The notes: generated by a model from the letters alone, not told the origin. A DNA stretch of 64,000 nucleotides from Paraphysomonas bandaiensis (GCA_965644295.1 CBFFRP010000324.1:124001-188000); one strand, 5' to 3'; positions 13,291 through 25,787 are shown, counted from the first letter of the stretch. Program-made: numbers and translations.

Positions 13291-14521
13291 GCATCAGAAC
13301 CGCTGCTTGCCCCCTGTAACTAACAGGGGCAACCCCATAAAAAGTATTAAGGAATAGACATCGAATAAAGGATTATAATAAAGGGCCGATTGTATGCATC
13401 ATCTGCCTAGCAATTAGACGGTATTGTGCAGCATTGTCATCGTACTCTGTCTGCTATAAAGGAAAAACATTAAAATGTATACAGCATGTGCAAGATTATA
13501 AAGAAGAGCAATAATAGTGTTCGTTGTCGTTGTGCTGGAAAGTGATTTAAGGTATTAGTGCTAATAATTAATGTCTTGTATTGAGTGGGATCGATAGTAA
13601 TTAATTAACCAATATATCTAATGTTGCTTCGATATGCTGTTCATAATTTATTTATTTATTAATAGGGATAAACCAATATGCAATTGCATTTTTATATTTT
13701 CATGAACTTTTGGACTTGTTGAATTTATCTGTAGTAAATCACGAAGTTCCACTCTAAATATTGTATATGAAGCTATCACTAGTTATCACAAGCAAGATTC
13801 ACTTGTTGAGTTTCACTTAAAGTTGATTTAATGCAGTATCACATGGGTGAAATGAAGTGCAGTACTTCTAAATTCTTGTGTCCACTCTCACTTAACAGTT
13901 GCTGCATAATTCAAGTACACATAATCAATTGATGTCGTAGTGACAGCAAGTAAGATTGATAAGTTCAAATATTTTCAAAAACAAAAGTAGTACTATGTGT
14001 CTTCCAAGAAAGCGATATCTCTGTCGTAGACGGGTGCAAAAAAACCTTATATAACATTCCAACCTAGATACAAAACTGCTACGCCACACGTCATTAACTC
14101 TCATGTGGGTATTCATTTTCACCCACGTCATTACTCCAATGTCCATGACATTATCGTTTATAGAATCTCATTCTATGTGCCTTCCAAAGTCTATTGAAAG
14201 TTGCTGCATAAGATTCAATGAGATTAACAATTAGTACTCTTCATTTAGCTTAAATTCACAGGATTTAAGGATTCATTGGAATGAGGAGCTACACTATGCA
14301 CTGTACCTAGCTCAGTTTAGTATCTACAGAAACCCCGTATTTTTAATATTTTCTCCCATTTTGATATTTTAAATTCCTAGAATACCTACTTTTAGTGAAA
14401 AATATATGTAATGTAGCAATACCTGAAACTTCCTCGACATAATTGTGAACATTCTTCAGTGTGGTTTTTAATGCTTAGGAAGGTATGAGCTTTCATACAT
14501 CATCCGATTGCTTATATCCAT

Positions 14522-15937
14522 ATGGGAAATTTCCTTGCGAACGAGCAGCAAGTACAATTACAGAATAATGCCCAAGCACAGTGTGACTTTGAACTGCTAT
14601 GCAATGGATCATCCACACAGATAGAGCGGAGACCTGCCTTCGAGAGACTGCGATCACTGTACGCTCCAGTAACAACATCACATAAGTCATATTGCAATGA
14701 AGTTACTAAAGTATTTGAAACTAAATTTACTCTTTGGGAAGATGTTCGTAAGTTTAAGACGAGTGTTGAACTGGCGAATGCTATAAGGGGATGTATTTAT
14801 GGCGGCGCCCTTGGAGATTCTGTAGGACTGGCAACTGAGTTTTTGACTAAGAATGTCGCAATTGATTTTTATGGACTTGAGTATGATTTTCATCCTGGAT
14901 GTCGTGTGTATGCAGATGCTCATCGGATGGTAAAGTAGACTGTACGATTGGAATATATTAACAAAGCTATAGGGGTTTCCGAATGGAGACTGGACAGATG
15001 ACACTGATCAACTACTTTTAATACTAATGTCTCTATTAGAAACTGGAGGCCAAGCGAATGCAAAACACTTTGCCTCCAAACTTGTTGAGTGGAAAGATCA
15101 TGGCTTCCAAGGCCTGGGGGACTGCAGTGGAGGAGGCCTGGGGCAAAGTACGAAGAGGGTCCTGTGCCACTCCTCTTTCCTTGTGGAGCCCGAGCGAGCT
15201 GCTCAAGAGGTATGGGAGGCTGGCGGAAAGAAGGTAGCTCCTAATGGTGCAGTAATGCGAACAGCCGTTACTGGCATACCATATTTTTGGGACACAGCCA
15301 TAGTTCAGCAGAATACTCTAATGATGTGCCGCGTGACGCATGCTGACCCTCGCTGTGTTGCATCTTGTCTAATAGTTAGTGGTCTAATTGCCAAGGCACT
15401 ACAGTTTCTCGCAGATGACACACATAATTCAATATTTTGTGTCAGTATTGAGGATTGGATTTCTGAAATTGTTGTAAAGGCCGAGAGTGTTCTTGACACG
15501 GATGCTCAGGTATTTACTACCCGCTTTATTTATTCATTTAAATGTATCATATACATGCATAGAAATCAGAGCTTCATTACTATACTACGTCCTCATATAT
15601 TCAGAATTGTCGCTTATGTGACCTTCAATTGGACGAGCCCCACAGCATTGGATATACATACAAATGTCTGGCATGTGCTTTGGTTGCACTACGGGAACTT
15701 TATCGTTGCACAAACAGTGGCAATTTGACATCTACCGAAGTATTTCAGCAAATAGTATCAGATGTAACCATGCAATGTGGAGATGCAGACACCAATGCTG
15801 CAGTTTCAGGGTCACTGTTGGGATGTTTTATTGGGTATGATTGTTTACCAAAACAGTGGATATCTTCTATGCCGTATGTGGTGTGGCTCGAGGCATGGGT
15901 TCAAAAACTGCTCTATATGATGAAGTGCATCGATTGA
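14522..15937 (+). CDS. ADP-ribosylglycohydrolase (ARH/DraG family), 3 exons
   Basis: Motifs GGALGDSVG, GDWTDDTDQ, NGAVMR, TH.DP and GDADTNAAVSGSLLG. Introns at about 14929-14972 and 15510-15562. Confidence 0.92.
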
Positions 15938-16139
15938 AATAATAATTTGAAATATATATTATTGTTCATACCTCTATAGATATGAAGAAATATCTGTTTT
16001 TAACGAGACAAGCTGGACTATAATCACCTACTAAATATGTACTATCACTACCTTGATTCTACTATGCCATAAAAAAGGTTAATATATATAAGGGCTTATC
16101 CATTTTAGAATATCTATTAAACTTTTTCAGAGATAAAAG

Positions 16140-17115
16140 CTACGATATTCTTCCATCTAATATACTTGACATGCACTCTCCTTGCGAGGTCTTGAACGAT
16201 ATACCATCATAAGTAGCCACACCATGAGAATTCACACATAGTTTAGACACTATTTGACCAAATGCTTTAGTAGCTTTATTTCCTGCCTCCACAGGGGCAG
16301 ATAAATGACCCTCAAAAGTCACTGGCTCACCTATGTGAGCTGTGTCTGGCGGTAAGACTGGTTCCACCTGATTCCATGCACGTCAGAGAACAAAACACGT
16401 CAATCGATAACACTTACCTTGGTATGATCTTGATCGCTGGCACAGAGCAGCATGCCTTGAGAGAGTACACCTTTCAACTTTCGGGGTTTAAGATTGCATA
16501 CTACTACTACCAGCCTGTTCAAAAGCTGTTCTTTTGAACAAAACTTGACTAGACCACTGACAATGGTTCTTGGCTCTGACTCTCCTACATCCACTTGCTC
16601 AATGTAAAGTGAATCTGCATCTGGGTGATTATCAATCGAAATTATACGGCCGATCCTGATGTCTAACAGAGATATTTCAGAATGCTGCTCTTTGGGCATA
16701 GATGGTTTTTGGTCACATTCCTGCAAATGGCAACAAATACATTTACACATGCAGAACTAATATGTGTCGCATCCACTTCATTTACCTCAATGTGAAAGTT
16801 TCCTGAATGTACTGGTTCGGAAGAAACACCTATGTCAAAAACCGGAGTAATAGTATACTTATACGAGGACCCATGGGGCAGATCGTTCAATACTACAGAA
16901 TTTGATACCACACTGCGCATGTTGTATACTTCTGGATGCAGCGAACATTCATACTCCAATTGGTAGCACTTTGCAGTTTCCACACTAGGCCAAGTAATTT
17001 CGGCGTTATTTTTAGTTAATTTTACTTTGGTCGACATGCTGCGTATTACTGATCGGATATTAACAGTTGAACCGCGAAATGTACCGTTCACTAAACGTAC
17101 TGGAAGACTTAACAT
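16140..17115 (-). CDS. tRNA-binding OB-fold (EMAP II/Arc1p-C/Trbp111-like) protein with N-terminal FN3-like domain and possible mitochondrial presequence
   Basis: [58 protein letters not shown] is the tRNA-bind signature. The upstream exon has an FN3-like pattern ([22 protein letters not shown]). Confidence 0.85.
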
Positions 17116-17554
17116 CTCTTATCCTCTAATCCTAACAGTATTTTAGTTGCAAGAGTGTGTTGGACGTTTAAAACCTTCTTATGCATCATGCTCAGCTGAA
17201 CGAGTGGGGAGAAGGATGTTGATTGGTCGATATGAATATGTACACTTTGGAAGTTGAAATCAAAAAAGTTGTAGTTTTTGGAAAAAAGACTGATTTCAGT
17301 GACTTAGTGATTGAAATACCACCACCCATACCAGGGACGTATGAACAATGAACACAGTATTTCACACCTTCAATTGAATTCCAGGATTTTTCTGACAAAA
17401 AGTGAGGACTTTACTGATCAGAATACAAGAATCACACACACAGTGTAGTACAGAGAATAACAAGACATACATACATGTACATACATCATGAAGTGGAAGT
17501 GGATCCATAAGAACTCACTCAACACTATCGTATCAGATATCACTCATAATACTA

Positions 17555-20215
17555 ATGGGAACACTCTCTCAAATCATACCCTACTCAGCTGATGCTGATT
17601 TATCTCAACACTTTAACGATGATTTTAATTCAATTCTTAATGCTTTAAAACATTCATGTGATGGGTTGTTACTGGATATCTATCCCCCTGATATCCACAA
17701 CCCCTATCCTATAGGCATACCACTCATATTATTCTATCAAATGAAAAAAGTTTCTAAGATTATAGAGAGAGGAATCACAGCTGTAGTTGAGAACTATTTC
17801 ACAGATAGAAGACTTCACGAGTCCTTCCTACGACTGTCTGAACACGCGAGATGGCTATTAAAGCTCGTTGAAAGTCAGCCATATAAGATTGGAAGCTGGA
17901 GGCCTGATATATTATTTCCAGATGAATGCTCTGATAAATTTGTTGTGTGTGAAATTAATGCAAGGTTTCCATTCAATGGTTTCTATGCCTCCCATGCGAA
18001 GAATAGTGCGATTACTGAGTTGCCGCATTTGGCGAATGTGCCTATCATGCCAGTTAGTGAGCTTGAAGGAATACCTGAAGCTTTTTCAGGAGTTTTTGAT
18101 TCAACCAAGTGTATCGGCATATTGAAGAGTACTACCCCAGATAGAGGGTGGGATGTAAATTTATTTCGAAATTCCATGAGTGGAAAGCGAAAACGAAATA
18201 AGGAGTCGTCAAATAATCTACAAGGCGATTTAGTTGATATTGCGAATAGTGATGCGTCTGTACCATCCTTTCTAGATCCTCCTAATATCTCGCGACATTT
18301 GTCTGAGACATTTCAGTGCGACGGTGGTGCACGGTTTGTAGACCCTTGGGACTTGCATGTGGGTGCAGATGGTAAGCTTTATGATTCGATAGGTGGACCA
18401 ATAGAGCAGTTCGCATTAGAAATAAGTCAAAAAGAGTTGTTGGATATGCCTAGAGATGTGATACGAATACTCTTAACCGAGTGTCGGTATATCAACGACA
18501 TTAGGACGATTCTATTGACCCACGACAAACGTATGTTGTCGGTTCTCACCTCCCCGGAAGTCATGAAGGATTACATGAGCCCATCCGATATGCAAGTCTT
18601 GCAAAATTATATCATTCAGACGTATGTATGTGGATGTCAGGAACATTCGGATGTCATCTTGGAAGCATCAAGACATCGCTCGGAATGGATTCTGAAGCCG
18701 AACAGTGGAGGAAAAGGAGTGGGCATTGTATTCGGGAGAGACTGCAGTGATTCTAAGTGGAGAGAGATGCTAGGCGATGCAAACTTTGCCCAGTATGTTC
18801 TTCAGCGTGTTATAAAGCAAAAAGTGTTCTCCATATATACTGGACCCACGCAGATATCTGGGGATAACAGCAGTGTGGAAAACGGTTTCAAAGATATGTT
18901 GTTGGTTGGACTGTGGCACTGTTTTAACGATAAGTTTCTGGGACCAGGAATATTTCGTGCGTCCTCTTTGGATCACCCTATAGTAAATGTAGCTGGTGGT
19001 AATGGTTTAATTTTTTCACCTGTTGTTTTGTCGTGCAAATGGCCTCTTAAGCGCAACATACCTCTCGTTCATGAAAATGGAAATGCTGATCGTGGTGGTG
19101 TGCCCGAACCAAGTCTGATGTTCACCCCACCTCCCCACTGCGTATTCAAGTTAAGAACTAGAAATGGAGTTAATAGTCTATTACATGGAGCTGGTGGAGA
19201 ACGAAGCTGTGAATTCGGCAGTATCATCAACGCACTAGAGGAGGATGGCATAGCACTTGTGCACACTGACTGGCTGGCAGGATATAGGGATAGTGACCTT
19301 CAATTGCACAGCGAAATTATTGATTCCCAACTTTTAGAACTAGTGAAGAAACTGGGTGGAGTGCCCAATCCTCACACAGATGGAGGTGTTGGTGGAGGAA
19401 CGAGTGTCTGGAACGTGCAGCCAATATGTAGTAATCCATCAAAATTGAGCGGTCCGCGCCCTGCACGATCTCTCACTGCGGAGCCGTTTGGAATACATAC
19501 GGTATGTGCGATACATTTGCCCTATTATGCATTATTACACGCATTAAAAATCAAGTGTTCACGCACATGTTGGTTGTGTAAAGAGTTATGATGTGATTAT
19601 TGTGTCAACCCAATACATGACCATGCATGGTTTCTGTTCCTCATAAACAACAAAATGACATTGCTTTTTGATGCACAGGACTGCTCATTTGAAGATCCTC
19701 CACCGCGTTTTATGTGTCTCTTTGTTGTTCGTGAGGACCGTTGCGGAGGCGGTCATAGCATTTTGTTGGACGCTGATGTCTTAGTCCGATATCTGTCCAG
19801 ACGCAGCTTGCGGGTGCTTACAAATGCTATCTTCACACTTCGTGTACCGGAGGAGTTCCGCAAGGTCGGAAAGGATGGAGGGGAAGGTGTTCAAACCATT
19901 CGTGCTCCAATTCTGTGGGCAGGTGGGAGGTGGCGTTATAGGGGAGATATCATTGACAAGTCTCAGTGCTCGAAGGAGGAGCTCGCGGCAATTTCCGAGT
20001 TGGATGGATTATTGACTAACCATCATTTAATTCTAACAACTGATATTCCACAGGGCACAGTGCTAATCCTAGATAATAGTAGGTGGATGCACGGTAGGAC
20101 GGATGTTAAGGATAGGAAAAGATGGTTGAAAAGAATACGATTTCATGCTGTGCTGCCTAGTCCAGAATATAAACCCCTTATATCACGGTCTTCATCTTTA
20201 CAAGGGATCGAGTGA
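17555..20215 (+). CDS. ATP-grasp (glutathione/GSP-synthetase-like) ligase fused to a C-terminal TauD/clavaminate-synthase-like Fe(II)/2OG dioxygenase, about 827 aa
   Basis: ATP-grasp motifs RPDILF..CEINARF, HDKRML, WILKPNSGGKGVGIVFG and YVLQ. The phase-0 intron 19502-19678 (GTATGT..CAG) joins HT|D to form the HxD motif, followed by DNSRWMHGRT and RWLKR. Confidence 0.85.
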
Positions 20216-20604
20216 TCTTACTAAAAGCAAAACAAATGACATATTTGTACATATCTTTTTTTAATGCAAACTAATGTCAATATAATACAGTACACCTTGC
20301 AGTTGTGTTTATCTCTCTTCTGCTGCAATCTAATCCTACGGTTTATCTTCTCCTTAACGAGTATGTACGCAAAGAATTGGCAAAAGCCAAGACTGCTACA
20401 CCGTTGAGCGTCGTTACTGTGTCCCACTCTCTATATCATATTCTAGAGCACAATTTTGCAAGTTATACGTGTAATCGACAGCACATGCCGCTCTATCAAG
20501 GTACATAAGCCTTTCGAATAGACAAATCGTCCACCTTTTCGTTTGCTAACAGAGTAAACTTCATGTCACTCAGATTTCAAATGGTTATTGAAAAGCACTG
20601 AGAA

Positions 20605-20898
20605 TGTTGAGAAACGCTCATTTTACACTAGATCACAGAGAGAATTTGTCGTAAGACTAGATAGATTTATTAGTATCGTTTATACGAAGTTGTGATAACC
20701 AACACTAACTCATTATAATCCCTGCATAATATCCTACATATGCGAACCTCTCGTTACTGAACATATCTTGAAAGGTCAACCTATTTCAGTTTCTCAATAT
20801 CATCACAGCATTTGTACATCACTATATTTCACTGTATTCTCGTACATTGTCTTCAAGTGACATACTGAATATACTAGAATAAGATCCATATTCTAATA
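20605..20898 (-). repeat. 3' LTR of Copia (294 bp)
   Basis: Identical to 25771-26064 by visual alignment. Confidence 0.97.
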
Positions 20899-21077
20899 CT
20901 CCCACTCAATGTAGAATGCAGTGAGACAAAACAACAGTGATCACAATAATCTGATAATGCTATGACTATCTAGTCCCATAGGTAAAAACAGATGTGAAAT
21001 CTTTTAAAGATACATATATACCTAACAGTCAACTAGATATACAGTTATGTGGGATTTTCACCCACTAAAACACACCT

Positions 21078-24000
21078 TTAACCTCTTCGGGGTCGTTTCT
21101 TCTGCTGCTCCTCCACACTGTTAGACACACTCCTCTTAACCCCGGTAATCGTTTTCTCATGACGGCTGAAGATCTTCGTGGACAACGCCTTTGTAAAAAT
21201 ATCGGCCGCCATATCATCCGTAGATACATGAATCAACTTTGCTGTAGGAAATTTGCCATTAACATGTTCTCTTATCCAGTGATACTTGATGTCAATATGC
21301 TTCGACCTCTTATGATACACTGGATTCTCTGAAAGATCCTTTGCACTCTTACTATCCATAAAGAATGGAGTCGGCTTCGTTACCAAGAGTCCGAGCTCCT
21401 TGAACACCCCCCGAAGCCACACCAGTTCTTGCAAAGCCGCATACTCCGCCATATACTCAGATTCCATGCTCGAAGTCGCAACTGTGGTCTGAAGCTTGGA
21501 CTGCCAGGCCAAAGCGCCCGCACATAAAAACACGATGTATCCCGTTGTGGACCGCCTAGTCATCCTATCACCAGCCCAGTCTGAATCACTGAATACATGT
21601 AAATCAAACTCACTCCCACTGAATCTGATGCCCTTATCAACTGTACCACGTAAATATTTCAACAAATGAATAGCTAATCTGCAAGTCGCATAATATGATG
21701 GAGAAGTACTAAATCGAGCCAATAACCCCACAGCATAAGCCAGATCAGGTCTAGTGTGAATCGCCAAATGCAATACCGCTCCAATAATTCCTCTATACGG
21801 AAATGATTCGACCCACTGCTTCTGCTCCTCCGTCAGCTCACGTTGATTGCTCTTTCCCATAAACGAACTGAATTTCTTTACAATATTCTTGGCATATTCC
21901 GATTGATCTAACATGTACCAGTCCTCGCCTCTCGTGATTCTGATATTCAGAAACCGTTTGCACACACCCAGATCGTGCATTTCAAACGTTTCGCAGAACC
22001 TACGTTTAACACTTTCTAAGTAGGTGAGATCAGCAGATGCAATGATAATATCATCAACATATATCAGCAATAAGTGCAATTGACCATTACTCCATCGCAT
22101 ATACAAGCATGTATCTAAAATGCAAGCAGTAAAATGTAACGATTTGATGAACTTGTCAATATGCTTGTTCCACTGCCTCGGTGATGACCGCAAACCATAT
22201 AAGGCCTTGATCAATTGAAAACACCACCCCGCTGGCAACTCTTCATCAGGTGGAGGTGCCATATAAACATCCTCTTCAAGATCGGCATAACAAAACGCTG
22301 ATGATACATCCAACTGATGTACATGCATATGGAACATAAATGCAATTGCAAGAACCAGTCGAATGGTTATTCCCTTGACCACTGGAGCAAACGTGGACTG
22401 CTCCTCCTCCGTTTTTTCTTGTAGATTCCCTAATGCAACCAGCCGCGCCTTATACTTGACTACGTTCCCCAGAAGGTCTCTCTTCACCGTGTGAACATAC
22501 TTTGCTCGCACCAACTTCTCTCCTCGTGGAGTCCGCACAATCTTTAAGACACGTCTCTTCAGTAGTGAGGTCTTCTCCACCTTCCGAGCTTCTCTCCACT
22601 TCATGTACTGTGGAGATCTCTCTGCTTCAGCATAGGAGTCTGGTATCTTAAAGTCATCATGTTGAAACTCTGCATGTTTAAAGTTAACAGTGCATGCATC
22701 TGGCACCTCAACCATATTTATTTCTCCTAACACCGATGCGTTCGCCAACCTACGCTGTAGCCGTTTCCGCCGTACACGACCATCACCATCTAGTTCAATA
22801 GGTCGTCTAGTAGATATATACGAACCCATACCTTGCTCATCCTGAGCCCGCAAATCTTGCGGTGTGGGAGGAGCCCCGCTCGCATCCCCAGACCCATGGT
22901 CTGTCGAGGTCTGCAACCTCACGACTGTCTGTTGACAGGTTGGGTCAGGACTCTCCTGGAACCCTCCAGGTCTTCCCTGGTCCAGCTCCCTGGCTGGCGT
23001 AGTACTCAGGGCGTCCCCCTTTCCTATGTACCCGGTATTCCCGGGGGTTTCTGCAGTCATACGCACCACGTCTTCGACGTGTATAGGCACCCGGTGCTCT
23101 ATATGCTCGCGACCTGCAGTAACAAGTGAACGGTATGCTACAATCACACCCTTACGTTCTACAACTCTTGTTGTCTTATACAGAAGTCCGTCCTCATCAT
23201 CAATATGATACGTTCCTTCTAAGCTGACATAGTCGGATGCAAGCTTGGGTCTAGCGGCCTCCCGCACTCGAAGAGCATCAATCTCTGCGAAATACTTCTC
23301 TGATCGTGATGGCGTTGACTCATCAGTCAATATATGGACTGTAGTCACCACCTTGTTTGATTCAGGAAGATATACATGGTATCCTACCTTCTCATCAGAG
23401 TAACCCATTAAATATCCAACTAGAGCCTTATCCTCCCAATCCTTTCGTCGATCCGCCTTCGGTGAAAGAACATAAGTTCGACACCCCCATACCCTAAGAT
23501 ATCTCAAATTTGGAGGCTCGCCCGTTAGAAACTCTATAGGAGACATATACCCTTTATCTGTTTTCGTTGGCAATCGAATCAAAATATATCTGGCTGCCAT
23601 GTATGCATCCAGCCAAAATTGCGGTGGCAGTCCAGATTGGATTAGCATTGCAAGAGTCATCTCTCCAGCAGTTCTGAACTTCCTCTCCTCTATGGCATTC
23701 ATTTCTGGAGAGTCTGTTGAGCTCCACGTATGTTGATAGCACTCCTGTGTCCTAAGATACTGACGCAGCTCCTCACTGATTAATTCTCCTGCACCATCGG
23801 CATGATAGTGCTCCATCTTGAGCTTGTACCTTTTAACATCTCCTCTAAATAGCTCTTTGAAGACTTCTAAGACCGCTTCCCCAGTTCTGTGGACTAAACC
23901 CGTCGCCCAGAACATTTTGCTGGCATGATGCGTTATCTTTAACACATACCTCTCACCTCCTCTAGCAGGACAATTTAAGTACACAGCGATATCTGCTGAA

Positions 24001-25787
24001 AAATTCGGTCTAACGGAATTCTCGTCCTTCGTTCGGAAGCTGACTCGGGTTATCTTAGACCTGGCACACACATCACACAAACACTGATTTTTGTGTACCT
24101 TGGCTGTGAGGTGTTTTCGTTTCAACCCTGTACCCATGATGAGCATCCTCTTATGTGCCTCCACTAACGCATGTTTGTTGAAGTGACCCGCTCTCCGATG
24201 CAGCAACTCCAGCTCGTCCTCACCAGTCCTATCGCTAAGATTTACTTCACAATTACTCGGTGTAGACACATCTGGAAGCTCCAACAGCTGCTGAGTTGGA
24301 ACTGCAGTCATTCCATTCTTCATGGGTCCCTCCAGTACCAGTTCACCAGTATTACAGTCATAAATTTGGATCCCATACCACACCGTGAATCGATAGCCCA
24401 TTTCGTTCAGCTTACGTCCGGAGCACAGGCATCGATTGATCTGATCTGAAATTTCTATGTCTCTCCATGCTCCACGGGAACCCACACTTGTGATATGAAT
24501 CTCTGATCCCTTCTTAGAGCCGTTTATCACCTTTGATGTATTCATATGAGTGTCAAGCATGGTCACATCATTCATCAAGAACATTGATGATGAACAGCAG
24601 GTGTCAATATATGTATAATGCATGTCATCATTTACACTACATATATTCGTTTCATGTATATTGCATGACAATTTCATAACATCCTCGATCATATTTGCTT
24701 CATCTTCATCAGAGAAATCTGCTGGTTCTCCACGCCGTATATTCTCTACTGTCAGCAGCCTTTTGTCCGGCTTCCTACCATGATTCTTCCCTTTCTCTCC
24801 TCTTCTAGAATGCTTTTTCTTCGTCGTTGGACAATCAGCAGCAAGATGTTCCAGAGACTTGCAATTTCTGCATCCCGTGTATTCAGCACTTCCAGGACGC
24901 TGCCCTGATATCTCTCCATCCTTCTTCCTCTGCTTCCTCCTGCACTGTTCAGTTGAATGGCTATGAGGAATTCCTTCTTTCCTGCAATATCTACAGTTGC
25001 CCTTCTTACGCTTATCCCGTTCCGTTCGAGACCGTTTGCTCTTTTCAATGAAGTTCAGCTCCTCCACCTTCTTGCGTTTCCGCTCTAACGCAATCCTTCC
25101 AGGAATGGTATCATCATACCGTTCTATCTTCCTTGATAATGTTGCATAATCAACATCATCAGGCATCAAATACAAAGCAACATTCAGAGGAGCATATTCT
25201 TCATTCAGCAGACCTTCTCGTAACCGTGTTATTTTTGAGAGCTCCGATATGTCCTGCTGCTGCTCCTGTAGCTCTTTCAGCAGTATTTCAAACCGTATTA
25301 TATAGTCCTTCGCAGTCTCCTCCGGACGCATACGGAAAGAGCCATACTGAGTCAACAGCTCACTGATCTTGTTTTGCTTCCCTCCAGCAAAGCACTTCTT
25401 CAACTCATCAATCATAATATGCGCCTTAAACCTGTTGCTTCCACTTCCATCAGCCTTGAACCCTTTATGTAGAAGATGGAATTTCTGAAGCGCCTTCGAA
25501 GATGATTGCACTGCCTCTCTGCAGTACGAATACGCTATGGCATTCGCCTTCCAGTACTTCTTCACAGCCTGTCTGTAAGACTTCTCCTCCATTAACGTGA
25601 GTGGCTGTTCCCCGAAGTCGCTCTCCTTCGGTGGTGGCTCCACAGCTACTTCACTTTGCTCTTTCCTCATGAGGAACGTTTCGAAGTCTTCAATCCATTG
25701 TTCAACATTGCTCTCATTAAACTGTGGCACTACTCCTCTATCCTCCTTCTCTCCTCCTCGCTCGCTACCATGTTGAGAAACGCTCAT
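21078..25787 (-). CDS. Copia Gag-Pol polyprotein (Gag zinc knuckles, protease, integrase, RT, RNase H), 1569 aa
   Basis: CCHC knuckle CRNCKSLEHLAADC; GAG-pre-integrase HRRAGH..CDVC; integrase D..D(ADGAGE)..E; RT YKARLVA, QLDV, LYGLRSSP and YVDD; RNase H DSDWA..ESE..ADIFTK. Integrase precedes RT, the Copia order. Confidence 0.97.
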   Translation of the reverse strand: MSVSQHGSERGGEKEDRGVVPQFNESNVEQWIEDFETFLMRKEQSEVAVEPPPKESDFGEQPLTLMEEKSYRQAVKKYWKANAIAYSYCREAVQSSSKALQKFHLLHKGFKADGSGSNRFKAHIMIDELKKCFAGGKQNKISELLTQYGSFRMRPEETAKDYIIRFEILLKELQEQQQDISELSKITRLREGLLNEEYAPLNVALYLMPDDVDYATLSRKIERYDDTIPGRIALERKRKKVEELNFIEKSKRSRTERDKRKKGNCRYCRKEGIPHSHSTEQCRRKQRKKDGEISGQRPGSAEYTGCRNCKSLEHLAADCPTTKKKHSRRGEKGKNHGRKPDKRLLTVENIRRGEPADFSDEDEANMIEDVMKLSCNIHETNICSVNDDMHYTYIDTCCSSSMFLMNDVTMLDTHMNTSKVINGSKKGSEIHITSVGSRGAWRDIEISDQINRCLCSGRKLNEMGYRFTVWYGIQIYDCNTGELVLEGPMKNGMTAVPTQQLLELPDVSTPSNCEVNLSDRTGEDELELLHRRAGHFNKHALVEAHKRMLIMGTGLKRKHLTAKVHKNQCLCDVCARSKITRVSFRTKDENSVRPNFSADIAVYLNCPARGGERYVLKITHHASKMFWATGLVHRTGEAVLEVFKELFRGDVKRYKLKMEHYHADGAGELISEELRQYLRTQECYQHTWSSTDSPEMNAIEERKFRTAGEMTLAMLIQSGLPPQFWLDAYMAARYILIRLPTKTDKGYMSPIEFLTGEPPNLRYLRVWGCRTYVLSPKADRRKDWEDKALVGYLMGYSDEKVGYHVYLPESNKVVTTVHILTDESTPSRSEKYFAEIDALRVREAARPKLASDYVSLEGTYHIDDEDGLLYKTTRVVERKGVIVAYRSLVTAGREHIEHRVPIHVEDVVRMTAETPGNTGYIGKGDALSTTPARELDQGRPGGFQESPDPTCQQTVVRLQTSTDHGSGDASGAPPTPQDLRAQDEQGMGSYISTRRPIELDGDGRVRRKRLQRRLANASVLGEINMVEVPDACTVNFKHAEFQHDDFKIPDSYAEAERSPQYMKWREARKVEKTSLLKRRVLKIVRTPRGEKLVRAKYVHTVKRDLLGNVVKYKARLVALGNLQEKTEEEQSTFAPVVKGITIRLVLAIAFMFHMHVHQLDVSSAFCYADLEEDVYMAPPPDEELPAGWCFQLIKALYGLRSSPRQWNKHIDKFIKSLHFTACILDTCLYMRWSNGQLHLLLIYVDDIIIASADLTYLESVKRRFCETFEMHDLGVCKRFLNIRITRGEDWYMLDQSEYAKNIVKKFSSFMGKSNQRELTEEQKQWVESFPYRGIIGAVLHLAIHTRPDLAYAVGLLARFSTSPSYYATCRLAIHLLKYLRGTVDKGIRFSGSEFDLHVFSDSDWAGDRMTRRSTTGYIVFLCAGALAWQSKLQTTVATSSMESEYMAEYAALQELVWLRGVFKELGLLVTKPTPFFMDSKSAKDLSENPVYHKRSKHIDIKYHWIREHVNGKFPTAKLIHVSTDDMAADIFTKALSTKIFSRHEKTITGVKRSVSNSVEEQQKKRPRRG

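Noticed and set aside
13307-13332. Hairpin after the EF-hand stop codon as a terminator or Helitron end
   Set aside because: Eukaryotic locus, no U-tract, no CTRR end and no Helitron body.
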